Program-made: the position numbers and the translations under genes
Assembly (NCBI GenBank): GCA_963782525.1
Contig: CAWAKC010000009.1
Location: forward strand, 96,001 to 160,000
DNA from: Candidatus Bathyarchaeota archaeon
GTDB lineage: Archaea; Thermoproteota; Bathyarchaeia; Bathyarchaeales; Bathycorpusculaceae
Length of the DNA stretch: 64,000 nt
Direction: 5' to 3'
The notes under the pieces: generated by a model
Database searches by the model: none
What the model saw: only the letters and a program-made list of their open reading frames with translations
Told to the model about the DNA's origin: nothing
In this document: one piece after another, positions 55,159 to 64,000 of the stretch
Layout: every line of letters begins with the position of its first letter
Position numbering within the stretch: position 1 is the first letter of the stretch

Positions 55159-55861
55159 TGCGGTAGTTTTCTCCTCTTTCGGTTTCAACGCAGACTGTTT
55201 CGCCGTAGATTTGTCTTTGAATTTCCGGTTGCACAATTTGGTTTGCTGGTCCACAGAACGTAACGCACTTGTTTAGGGCAAGTAAAGCGTCGGCGTATTC
55301 TTGGACAATGTGGATGTTGTGGGTTATTAAGAAAATCGTTATTTTCTGGGTTTTTTTGATGTCGTTGAGCATTAGGTATATTGGTTCTTCACTGTCCATG
55401 TCGACACCCGTGGTGGGCTCATCCAAAAGCAGCACATTGGGGTTATCGTTCAATGCCCACGCGATTAAAACCCGCCGAAGTTGCCCTCCAGAGAGAACCC
55501 CTAACCTCTTATCCAAGATGGTACTGTCGAATAACCTCACTTTTTTCAGAGAATTTTCAACATCCACCCCATTTCCAATAGAGAGGAATTCTCTAACTGA
55601 CATGGGAATATCGGAGACAGCTACGTATTGCGGGACGTAGCCGATTTTTACTTTCTCTGTCCATTCGATTGAACCTGTATGGGGAACAAGATTTAGTAGA
55701 GTTTTAAGAAGGATCGTTTTTCCTGCGCCATTTGGTCCAAGTATGGCTAAGGTTGTTCCTTTTTCAACGTTGAAATTTATATGGTCGAGTAAAGTTTGAT
55801 TTTGTAACTTCACACTAAGATTCGAGACTTTCAATATGTAATCGATGCTGCCTTCAACCAC
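55151..55861 (-). CDS. Zn/Mn ABC transporter ATP-binding protein (ZnuC-like)
   Basis: GPNGAGKT, IGYVPQ, LSGGQ, LLLDEPT, ITH. Confidence 0.93.
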   Translation of the reverse strand: MVEGSIDYILKVSNLSVKLQNQTLLDHINFNVEKGTTLAILGPNGAGKTILLKTLLNLVPHTGSIEWTEKVKIGYVPQYVAVSDIPMSVREFLSIGNGVDVENSLKKVRLFDSTILDKRLGVLSGGQLRRVLIAWALNDNPNVLLLDEPTTGVDMDSEEPIYLMLNDIKKTQKITIFLITHNIHIVQEYADALLALNKCVTFCGPANQIVQPEIQRQIYGETVCVETERGENYRNA

Positions 55862-55935
55862 TACTTTTCACACCGTAAATAACAATAGTGATGTGCAAAA
55901 TGTATGCAATAAGTATTTTGAACAACCAACCGCCA

Positions 55936-57549
55936 TTATGGTAATCGGTTGCTCAAGGTTTGCTGCTCTTTATCAGAGAACCAGCCCTCATGTTTAAGGT
56001 ATGGTAAGCCTTTCGCAATGTTTTCTCTAAATGCGGGGTTGTTTAAGAGGTTGTTTCTTTGGGTTAAATCGTAAAGCTGACTTTCAAACCGGCTGTTCTG
56101 ATTAGTTTGGTCTTCAACTTTTGAGATTAGAGTCGTTATTACTTTGAAGCGGGGCACGAGTAAATCTTTAGTTTTTGATAATCCAAATGCTCCTTTTAGT
56201 TTTGCTGAGAAATCAAAGAGGCTAATCATTGAAGGTGCGAGCATAACGTAACGGCTAGTCAAGCCTGTCTCATAACAAACAACAAGAAAAGGAATATAGA
56301 ACAGTGCGGGACTCTTCAACGTTTGATCCCTAAAGCCAAGCGCTTCAAAATTGGCTTTGAAGGATTCCCTCAGCGTAAGGCTCTTGTTTAAATCTTCAAT
56401 CACTGGCTTCTCAAGCCTAAACAGCTTTTCCGCTTCTAACTTAAAAACACGGATCTTAGTTTCACGGGCTGCTCGGAGGTTAATTAAAGGTTGCCGTGCC
56501 AACTTCAATTCTGAGTCGAGCTGAAGGTTTAATTGTGAAATTTCTTGAGTTTTCTGTTTGCTTAATTTTTTAGAATTGCCTTCTATTGCGCTAAGGTCTT
56601 TTTTTAGTTCTTTAACCTCTTTTTGGGCTTGCTTGATTTTCTCTTTCCATCGTTTCTCGTAGACAGCATGGTTTTTTGTCGCTTGGCTTTTTGCTTCACG
56701 TTCAAACTGCTTTATCTTGCTTTCGTTGCTTTCGATGGATTTTATAGTTTTTGCCTTCATTTTTCGCAGCCCTTCAAGTTCCTCATCGAAACGATCGGCT
56801 AATTTTCCTATTTTCACTTTATAATCTTTGTTAAGTTTCGCTAATTGGGGGTTTACGAATTCTTCCAATGCCCTAATTTTAGCATCCGTTTCTTCGGTAA
56901 CTGCTTCGGCTTCATAGTCGAGCTCGGTTATGTACTGCCCAGTTGTCTTGTTTACAAGTCTTATGCATTCGGGCAGTTTTAATGCTTCATCTCTCTGCGC
57001 TAATTGTAACTTTTCAAAGTCCGAAAGCATCGACGTAATCGTTGACTCTTCAAGGACTGGAGGAAGTAAAGCCACATTGACTTGCCCCGTTATTTCAGCA
57101 GCTTCTTTTCGGTAACCAATAAATTCGGTCTTAAAATCCAAATTTACAATTAAACTTCTGAAAACAAACTGTTTTTCCTTTGTGGATTTCTGAAAATAGT
57201 TGGTGTGATCCAACAGGAATGTGTAGTAGTTTTCTCTGGGCTTCGAATTCGTCTCTAAACTTTCCATAAACCCTTTAACCGATGGAGATTCAAGATAGGA
57301 CACACGTTGAGATATATCGTTAAAGCCATCGAACACGAAAATTAAGTCGTTTTTGGGAACTAACCACAAAGGATAGCCGACTTTTGATAGACAAACGAGT
57401 TTTTCCTCAGGCTGCCTTGCGATAAATCCGCCACCCTTGCTACGCTTAAACTCGGCAAAAGCGAAAACAGATGCTGCCTCAACCTCGGTTGAACTGCTTT
57501 TAGAGTTTGAGAAGGGAAGGATAAACCGTTTGGGTGCAGAGGTTAACAT
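55936..57549 (-). CDS. Hypothetical protein with long central coiled coil flanked by globular halves
   Basis: GYPLWL.P at the N-terminus, ~200 aa K/E-rich heptads, FYIPF at the C-terminus; no Walker motifs. Confidence 0.75.
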   Translation of the reverse strand: MLTSAPKRFILPFSNSKSSSTEVEAASVFAFAEFKRSKGGGFIARQPEEKLVCLSKVGYPLWLVPKNDLIFVFDGFNDISQRVSYLESPSVKGFMESLETNSKPRENYYTFLLDHTNYFQKSTKEKQFVFRSLIVNLDFKTEFIGYRKEAAEITGQVNVALLPPVLEESTITSMLSDFEKLQLAQRDEALKLPECIRLVNKTTGQYITELDYEAEAVTEETDAKIRALEEFVNPQLAKLNKDYKVKIGKLADRFDEELEGLRKMKAKTIKSIESNESKIKQFEREAKSQATKNHAVYEKRWKEKIKQAQKEVKELKKDLSAIEGNSKKLSKQKTQEISQLNLQLDSELKLARQPLINLRAARETKIRVFKLEAEKLFRLEKPVIEDLNKSLTLRESFKANFEALGFRDQTLKSPALFYIPFLVVCYETGLTSRYVMLAPSMISLFDFSAKLKGAFGLSKTKDLLVPRFKVITTLISKVEDQTNQNSRFESQLYDLTQRNNLLNNPAFRENIAKGLPYLKHEGWFSDKEQQTLSNRLP

Positions 57550-57602
57550 TGCAGCGTCAATGAAGGTATAAGGGACTGGTTTTTTAAAACTTGCCGTTCA
57601 CG

Positions 57603-59000
57603 TTAGCCCTTAAAGAAATCAGTTATCCTCTTTTGGAACAGTGCCTTCTTTAACAATTCACTCTGCTGTATCCAACGTTGCATCGGAATCTCGAATCTAC
57701 TGCTGATGAATTGAAGGGATTCGGCGAGATTTTTGAACATATAGGGTTTTTGGCGCATAGCGTTTCGTACATTTTCACGAACCTGCCACACGCCAATGGG
57801 CATGATATAGCCAGGTCGCGCTTCTCTTAGCACGATGGCGATGGCTTGGCGGCGTTCTTTTTGAAGTTGCTCACAAATAGCTAAGCGTGCGGAGTAGTAG
57901 CAGCCTCCGATTTGGGCATAGGCGGTGCGTCCGCTGTTGCCTTCCCAATCGCTAAAGATAGCAATGTTTGAACCTGCAGGGTTCCAAACAGTGCCCGGCC
58001 ACCATGCTTCCATCGATTCATAGCTCCACTGAGCCGGAATCATCAAAATCTCAAAAACATTATCCATGTAGATGGATTCGTAAACTCGGTATTCGTTGAT
58101 TTCGGGAAAAGTTTTGACTTTTTCTCGCAGATTCTTAGAGATAATGTCATCGACGGCTGTGATGCTCCAGCGGGTTGGAACAAGACGACGTTTCTTTTCT
58201 ACTCCGAAGGCGCCGACGCTGAAGGCTTTCTGGATCTTACTGACCATGACGCCGCGGTTGTAGAGCTCAACCACTGCGTTCGTTGCCCGCAAATCTGTGT
58301 CGTAGTAGGCTTTCTCGATTTTGTCATCGTAGCGTGCGTTTCCGACGTGGAGGTCGCGGATTGGCGCTGATGGACCAAATGGCTGCACATCATCATCTAG
58401 GTAGATGGAACCTCGAGGCTTCTTTGTAAGGTTGAGCTCGATGTCCACGCAGCTATCAGCCAAAGCCAACTCCCGTGTCTGATCTAAAATTTTGCCGCCA
58501 TCCAAAAAATTCTGTACATTAACCCTGTGCTTTCCGCGGACAAGCAAACTGCGAAAACTCACAATCTCATCCATCGACTTCCCAAACCACCGCTCGGGCA
58601 AATCATAAATTCCCGTATCCTCATGGACTGGCGGCACAAGTGGTCCCGCGTAAACGTTGGGATATCCAATTCTTCCGATGAAAACGCTCGGCGGAGACAT
58701 GCCGTCGATATCTTCTGTTGCCATTAAGGGAACGCTCTTGAGGAAATAGCTGACTTTTACCATAATTGGGCATCGGGTTTTGCCGCAGAGGGCTCGTGCT
58801 CCTTTGCAGAGGATGCAGAGGCTGTCGTTTCTTGCGCGGGTTGTGATTTGTTGCTCAGCTGCGTTGCTGTTAACTTTTTTTATAATATCCATTAGCCAGT
58901 TGTCAGGTTTAGCGCCGGTTTGGATACTCTGTATCGCGGACATGTGTGCTTGATTATCTTGTTTTTCTCTCATATGGTTTTTTCTACATGAAAATGACAA
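57603..59000 (-). CDS. nre: Nre family DNA repair protein
   Basis: CILCKG.R.LCG..RCP, SPPSVFIGR.GYP, RRLVPTRWSITAVD, GGCYYSARL, C-terminal PIP box QKRITDFF. Confidence 0.93.
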   Translation of the reverse strand: MSFSCRKNHMREKQDNQAHMSAIQSIQTGAKPDNWLMDIIKKVNSNAAEQQITTRARNDSLCILCKGARALCGKTRCPIMVKVSYFLKSVPLMATEDIDGMSPPSVFIGRIGYPNVYAGPLVPPVHEDTGIYDLPERWFGKSMDEIVSFRSLLVRGKHRVNVQNFLDGGKILDQTRELALADSCVDIELNLTKKPRGSIYLDDDVQPFGPSAPIRDLHVGNARYDDKIEKAYYDTDLRATNAVVELYNRGVMVSKIQKAFSVGAFGVEKKRRLVPTRWSITAVDDIISKNLREKVKTFPEINEYRVYESIYMDNVFEILMIPAQWSYESMEAWWPGTVWNPAGSNIAIFSDWEGNSGRTAYAQIGGCYYSARLAICEQLQKERRQAIAIVLREARPGYIMPIGVWQVRENVRNAMRQKPYMFKNLAESLQFISSRFEIPMQRWIQQSELLKKALFQKRITDFFKG

Positions 59001-59018
59001 AACGCATGTTTAGGAGCT

Positions 59019-59591
59019 TTACCCATTAAGCAGTCGAGTTAATTTTTTAATAAATAAAACCAGCCGCTTCGGAAGCTTCGGTTTCACCTCATCCACCTTT
59101 TGAATCACTATGGGCATCGGAATGCTGGTGACGTTTGCGTCAATAATTTTTACTTGCCCATCTATTCGCTTTAAATTTTCCTCCTTTATATCGAAAATTC
59201 CGTATTTGTAAACTACCCCTCTTAAAAGTGCCAATTCTTCGGGGGTAACGTGCGTTGGAAACCCATATTCCTGTAGCAGGCAGTATTTGGTGTGCCAAAA
59301 AATCCTTGCAAACAATTGATGACGCAAGTTCTCGGGAACTCGCTTGTAGGAGCGATGGTCGTTTTCAATGCTTTTTCTTGTGCCTACTTTTAGCACAATT
59401 TTTTGCTCTTCTGAGTGGATGGCGAAGACGATTTTGTGCCAACCGTAACTTTGAAAGCGTAAATCGGGAAATTTGGCTAAAATTGTGTTTTTTAATTCAT
59501 CCTGCGGAAACAAGGAGGCTCCTGAATGTAAATGGTGGTCTATTAAATAGTCGATTTTTCGGGCAGTTTGATGGAGAGTTTTATACTTCAA
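59019..59591 (-). CDS. Minimal protein-kinase-like protein
   Basis: GWHKIVF (G-loop), VLKVG, LLQEY, FDIKEENL (catalytic loop), KIIDAN. Confidence 0.65.
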   Translation of the reverse strand: MKYKTLHQTARKIDYLIDHHLHSGASLFPQDELKNTILAKFPDLRFQSYGWHKIVFAIHSEEQKIVLKVGTRKSIENDHRSYKRVPENLRHQLFARIFWHTKYCLLQEYGFPTHVTPEELALLRGVVYKYGIFDIKEENLKRIDGQVKIIDANVTSIPMPIVIQKVDEVKPKLPKRLVLFIKKLTRLLNG

Positions 59592-59671
59592 ATCTGAGCA
59601 CTCAAAAATCGTTTAGGATTAAAACATAATGCATGGACAATAATAAACCTGAATAAATTGAATTAGAAGAA

Positions 59672-59749
59672 TGGCGCCCAGGCCGGGATTCGGACCCGGG
59701 TCCTACGGGCGACAGCCGCATATACTGGACCGAACTATACTACCTGGGC
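59672..59749 (-). tRNA. tRNA-Asp(GUC), CCA encoded; non-canonical T-loop TCCGAAT
   Basis: GCCCAGG/CCTGGGC acceptor, G73, TGCGG-CTGTCGC-CCGTA anticodon arm. Confidence 0.93.
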
Positions 59750-60360
59750 ATAAGCGCCGCAACAATACTGACAACTTTAGCTAATTAACCTTTCTCGGAT
59801 TTTAGCGCTGAAGACTTAATGGAACCTGCAAACCTATGTTCGATGTGTTGAGCAGTTGAAAGTTCTGTTTTACTCTTGTTGGCTCTCTTGGAGATGGGCT
59901 TGAGTTGCTTGGTTTGTCTCTTTATGTGGCTGGGACGGTTTTTGGATTTTCACAAGATAGCAGTTGAGGGCGGTTGCTTTATGTGGGTGCAACCTTTTTC
60001 CGCGCCCGTTTCAGTGTTGCATAAGCGATTCCCTCCACAAGAACAACATAGCTCCATGCAGAAGCAGACTCGGTGTGGATGTGAACCATGTTAAGCCTGC
60101 TTTATTCTTCACACACGTTGCTTGGGCATGCATGCGCCCATACTGTTAGGTCGGTCTTGTCGAAATTCAGCTCGATGCAGGAGGTTGCTGGCGATTCTAG
60201 ATGGGAAGACTTACAGGCAAAGCTTAGAAACGACAACCCAAAAACCAAAGAATAAGGGTTGCAATTGCAAAGAACAAAAAGAGACTTTAGGCATCAAAGA
60301 AAATTATGAGTTTTCTACTTCTTAACTGAAAACAGACCTACCTGTAGCGCTCAACTGACG

Positions 60361-60936
60361 TTAACTATCCCTTCTACGAATAAGCAAAGCTAGGACAACT
60401 GCCAAACTAACCAAAACTAAAATAACAATAGCAACAACCTCTACCAAAATATCACTACCAACCGCAGATGACGAAGGCAATGGCGAGGTTGAGGTTTCGC
60501 TCGGCATCACGCGTGAAGTTGGCGGAGCAAGCGCAGAATCAATATTTTGTTCAACGATGACTGTATAGTTATCTAAAAGTCCTGCATGGAAATCTAAAAA
60601 GAAATTTCCTGTCTGGTTGTGAACGATGTGATAGTAATATTGTCCTTGAGTTGGAAGAACTGAAATTGTGCCGACTGTACTGTTGCTGGAATCATCGCTT
60701 ATCTGATATATAGTTATGTTCAAATAAAAGTAGTCAATCGGGAACGTCTCGAATGCTGGAGCGTAATCCGAATATCTAATTCGCCACTCAGAATAATTAC
60801 AGGCGAAAGGGTTCGTTACATAATCGTTTCCTTGCTCTTGGAAAGCTTTTACCTGAACCCAATTCTCGGCTCGAATGCATTGCCAAGGGATAAGTAATAG
60901 AAACACAAGAAAGGCAATAGTTACCCATCGTCTCAT
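60361..60936 (-). CDS. Secreted protein with Ser/Pro linker and C-terminal TM anchor
   Basis: Signal peptide, W..V..F.G...T..F....WRI.Y beta domain, TM + RRR. Confidence 0.75.
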   Translation of the reverse strand: MRRWVTIAFLVFLLLIPWQCIRAENWVQVKAFQEQGNDYVTNPFACNYSEWRIRYSDYAPAFETFPIDYFYLNITIYQISDDSSNSTVGTISVLPTQGQYYYHIVHNQTGNFFLDFHAGLLDNYTVIVEQNIDSALAPPTSRVMPSETSTSPLPSSSAVGSDILVEVVAIVILVLVSLAVVLALLIRRRDS

Positions 60937-60983
60937 GCATTATAATCTCCAGCAAAACGTATTAATTTTTTTAAAAAAAAGGG

Positions 60984-61545
60984 TTATTTTATTGGCTCGA
61001 ACGCATTTACCTGCGAAAGCTTGTCATTAGGAACTATTGTTTTTATCAGAAAAGTTTGGTTAACGGCTGCCAGTTGTGTTATAGTCTGTCGCTGAATTCC
61101 AGTCATATCCGGTTGAACAGAGATAACACCGTTTGTAGTCGCTATGTTTCCAAGTCTGTGGACGGATACGGAGATGGCGTTCGGCTGACCTTCTGTCCAT
61201 AAGCCCAGTCCATGAATATAATCAGTGTATATTCCGTAAGATCCTACTTGTGCACTTAAAACTGATTCGCCCTCAGTCCAATTAAACTGGAAGTTACCCC
61301 TCACTGCATCAACCTTGTTTACGTCAAATAAATTGTAGATTCCAGCGGTTAGAGCATCAAGGTCTTGTTCAGAAAATTAAGGTTGGTGTTTGTTTCTGTA
61401 AAGTAGATGAAATTTTCTGCCAAGCCTTTGTCTGTAGCTACACTAACGTTGTATACTTCAAGAACAGCATCAGATTTGGCATCTTGGGCTGTCGGTTTTG
61501 TTACGTTAAAAATGATTGTTGAGGGGTACTCGCTGGTTGTGCGAC
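60984..61545 (-). pseudogene. 5'-truncated, frameshifted paralog of the 20421-21254 surface-protein family
   Basis: YPSTIIFNVTK...DAVLEVYNVSVATDKG...N(F) / shift at A4 61373-61376 / SEQDLDAL...VRGNFQFNW...PNAISVSVHRLG. Confidence 0.65.
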
Positions 61546-61586
61546 AATTTTAATATCTCATACCATACTATTTGGGGTAAAGCGCC

Positions 61587-63500
61587 GTGAGGGAGGGGAA
61601 AAAAGTTAAGGCAGGAGCTGCGGAGGGTTGGCAAAAATACTGGATTCCCATAGTACTACTGCTGTTGACGGCGGCGTCGTTTGTTTGGGGCGGCATCGGC
61701 GTCTTTACCGCTTTAGTTTTCACTTTTCTAGTTCCAGGATTAATCGCATACCGATATTTTCACTTAAAAACCCATGAAATCTGGGCGTTCGTACCTATTT
61801 TCAGCGTTTTGGTTTCGGTTTCGCTGATTTACTACTTATCATTAGCCGTAGGCTACTCGCAGCAAACCATCCTCGCAAGTTTTCTGGCTTTTACAGCCAT
61901 CTATGCGTTGGTTGTGTATAAAAAAGGCGAACCAATCCAACCGCCCCAAATCCTAAACATAAAAAAAGTAAAAAAAACCAGCCTTTTAGTTTTCGCCATA
62001 ATATTCCTCGTCAGCCTCGGCGTGCTCTATGCAAGCGTTTGGCGACCAAACCAATATGGCATCGTTTTAACAGGTTCAAACTGGCAGGACACTCCCTTCC
62101 ACTACGAAATCATCGAATCCATAAACCAAGGCAACTTCCCACCCCAAACCCCCAACTACATCGGCACACCCTTAACCTACCATTACTTCGTCGACTTCCA
62201 CACAGCCATAATCGAAAAAATGTACGGGTACCTACCCAACATTTTGCCACTTCTAAATGCCCTCTTCATAGTCGTTTTTGCCTTAGCCATCTACGCTTTG
62301 GCTCGTCCTTATGGTAGAAAAGCAGCCATCATCGCTACGGTTTTGGCGGTTTTCGGCTGGGGACTAAGCTATTTCGGTTTGTTTGGCGCATTGTTTAACG
62401 GTCAATTTGACCCCAACCAGAATTATATTTACCAGTTTAGGCAGCTGTTTGGCTTGCCCTCAATGTTTGATAACTTGCTCCAGCAACGTCCGTTGCTGAT
62501 GGGGTTGCCGGTGTTTGCGTTTGTTTTGGCTTTGCTAAGAAACATGGATGATAAAAACCGCCTAATTCTCGCAGGCATCCTTACAGGATTAGTTTATCAA
62601 TTCCACAACGTTGCGTTCTTCTGCTGTTACGTAGCGTTCGCCGTCTGCGTGCTTTTGAACCTAAAACGCTTCAAACTCAACTATATTTACTTCATAATTC
62701 CAAGCGTGTTTGCGTTGCCGTTCATCTTTGGCGGTGGGCCGCCTTTAACCTTCAGCGTCAGCACTGCCTTTCTAACAGATTTTGCCCAAAACCCCTTCAT
62801 CTACTACTTTCTAAACCTTGGAATACCCTTCGTTCTCGCGATTATTTCTTTCATTAAACCCGGCTATGAATATCTCAAGTTAACGTTCCTGCTACTGGTT
62901 TTGATCCCAAACATTCTGTTGCTTACGCCATGGGATTGGGATATGTACAAGTTCTTCATGTTCGCCTGGGTCCCCATCGTGGTTTTGGCTGGCATAGTTT
63001 TGGCTAAGACACCCCGCATTTTGATCGTAACATTGGTTTTGCTTTCTCTCATCACCACAGCAAGCGTAATCATCTACAACACTCAAACCCAATACCTTGG
63101 AGTAACCTGGAATGAGTACAAACTTGGACTTTGGGTACGGGACAATACGCCGCAGAATGCTGTGTTCTTAACCTACTATGGGATACATGAGCCACCTAGC
63201 ATGATTGGCGGAAGATTGAGGGTATCGTCGTATGTGTATTGGCCGTATGGACATGGCGAACCGCTTGACCAAGTAAACCAGCGCGAACATGAAATTGATT
63301 TAGCATACACAGGTAACGAAACCCAGCTGGCGATTGTAATTCGAGAATACAACATAACCTATGTGTATGTTGGCGCTGAAGAATTAAGCAATTACCCAAA
63401 TTGCATCGCACATTTCAGTTCGATTACATGGTTGCTGCAGGTTTGTGAGGATGTGGGCTTGCGAATTTACCAAGTGAATTTAGCACAGATGGGCGATTAA
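61587..63500 (+). CDS. Large GT-C-like membrane protein (AftD/DUF2298-like)
   Basis: NWQDTPFH..II.S, FPP..P...G.PL.YHYF.DF, WDMYKFF, W.RDNTP..AVFL, YVYVG.EE. Confidence 0.7.
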   Translation: MREGKKVKAGAAEGWQKYWIPIVLLLLTAASFVWGGIGVFTALVFTFLVPGLIAYRYFHLKTHEIWAFVPIFSVLVSVSLIYYLSLAVGYSQQTILASFLAFTAIYALVVYKKGEPIQPPQILNIKKVKKTSLLVFAIIFLVSLGVLYASVWRPNQYGIVLTGSNWQDTPFHYEIIESINQGNFPPQTPNYIGTPLTYHYFVDFHTAIIEKMYGYLPNILPLLNALFIVVFALAIYALARPYGRKAAIIATVLAVFGWGLSYFGLFGALFNGQFDPNQNYIYQFRQLFGLPSMFDNLLQQRPLLMGLPVFAFVLALLRNMDDKNRLILAGILTGLVYQFHNVAFFCCYVAFAVCVLLNLKRFKLNYIYFIIPSVFALPFIFGGGPPLTFSVSTAFLTDFAQNPFIYYFLNLGIPFVLAIISFIKPGYEYLKLTFLLLVLIPNILLLTPWDWDMYKFFMFAWVPIVVLAGIVLAKTPRILIVTLVLLSLITTASVIIYNTQTQYLGVTWNEYKLGLWVRDNTPQNAVFLTYYGIHEPPSMIGGRLRVSSYVYWPYGHGEPLDQVNQREHEIDLAYTGNETQLAIVIREYNITYVYVGAEELSNYPNCIAHFSSITWLLQVCEDVGLRIYQVNLAQMGD

Positions 63501-63543
63501 GCGCTGACAAGTCTTAAATACAAAAACAAATAGAGAACAAGTC

Positions 63544-63996
63544 ATGACAACTAAACCAGCCAGCTTAGGCATAATCCACAAAATCCTCATAGTGTTCGTC
63601 GCAATCAACATCGTTGGTGACATCGGCAACGTTGCATTCTGGTGGGCTAACCCAGCTTCGCGCGCAGCATCTCTAAACACAGGCTACATCGGCGTCAATG
63701 CAGGAGTCAGCAATGCACTCACAGCTGGCACCGTAATCCTGCTTCTTGTTTCAGTCGTGTACATAGTAGCGTTGTATAGCTTGCTAAAACGAAAGATGTG
63801 GGCACCAAAACTAATCATAGCAATATCCGTAGTCAACCGCGCACTTGCCTTAGTTCTCTACTTCATAAGCCCCGCATTCGCGTTCTGGGCAATCTGGAGC
63901 ATTATACTAATAGCAGTATCCTACTTTGACTGGAGCAAAATGAACAAGGCAACCAATACCGCAATGCCAGCAACAACACCGACAACTATTTCCTAA
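63544..63996 (+). CDS. Four-TM hypothetical membrane protein
   Basis: 150 aa with four hydrophobic helices. Confidence 0.7.
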   Translation: MTTKPASLGIIHKILIVFVAINIVGDIGNVAFWWANPASRAASLNTGYIGVNAGVSNALTAGTVILLLVSVVYIVALYSLLKRKMWAPKLIIAISVVNRALALVLYFISPAFAFWAIWSIILIAVSYFDWSKMNKATNTAMPATTPTTIS

Positions 63997-64000
63997 AATT

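Noticed and set aside
54352-55861. Metal ABC transporter lacking a binding protein, SPFH lacking NfeD, and kinase lacking a response regulator as novel systems
   Set aside because: Such orphans are common and partners may lie outside the window.
59616-59632. GGATTAAAACATAATGC as a fourth copy of the island palindrome
   Set aside because: Two mismatches break the symmetry, it lacks the TGG flank, and it coincides with a promoter region; could be chance.
12380-61545. Programmed frameshifting or alternative genetic code explaining the broken genes
   Set aside because: The lesions are heterogeneous (2-nt deletion, 1-nt homopolymer deletions, one TAA) with no shared slippery motif; decay or assembly error is simpler.

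Overview
Archaeal chromosomal window, most consistent with Bathyarchaeia (TACK group). That placement is inferred from gene content: archaeal uS12/uS7/P1, an eL22-like protein, a Snf7/CdvB paralog, DGGGP synthase, tRNA-intron lyase, DUF1512, Nre, ATP-dependent ligase, many HTH_45-like wHTH genes and a PEF-CTERM surface protein. Most of the window is housekeeping, with four tRNAs (Ala-GGC, Ile-GAU, Arg-UCG, Asp-GUC) and a stand-alone 5S rRNA. An accessory tract at ~19.8-35 kb surrounds tRNA-Ala and holds gene remnants, an intact IS1182 element, surface proteins, a PAS kinase and glycosyltransferases. The most notable signals not explained by the ORF track are six. (1) A palindrome-plus-promoter module, GAACAG-N-CTGTTC-N5-CTTAGYATYAAAT, lies upstream of two envelope genes 40 kb apart; one sits next to a membrane-tethered wHTH regulator, suggesting an undescribed envelope regulon. 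(2) Three copies of an AT-rich palindrome, GGATTAAAATTTAAT, punctuate small genes downstream of tRNA-Ala in a cassette-like layout. (3) A T2SSE_N/MshEN-like + GT2 fusion at the left edge is missing from the ORF track. (4) Two tRNAs carry C where U would be canonical in the T-arm. (5) Three uncalled Cys/His-rich microproteins are present. (6) Several genes are broken by single lesions, which may be real or assembly errors. All family assignments come from motif recognition by eye; no database search was run.
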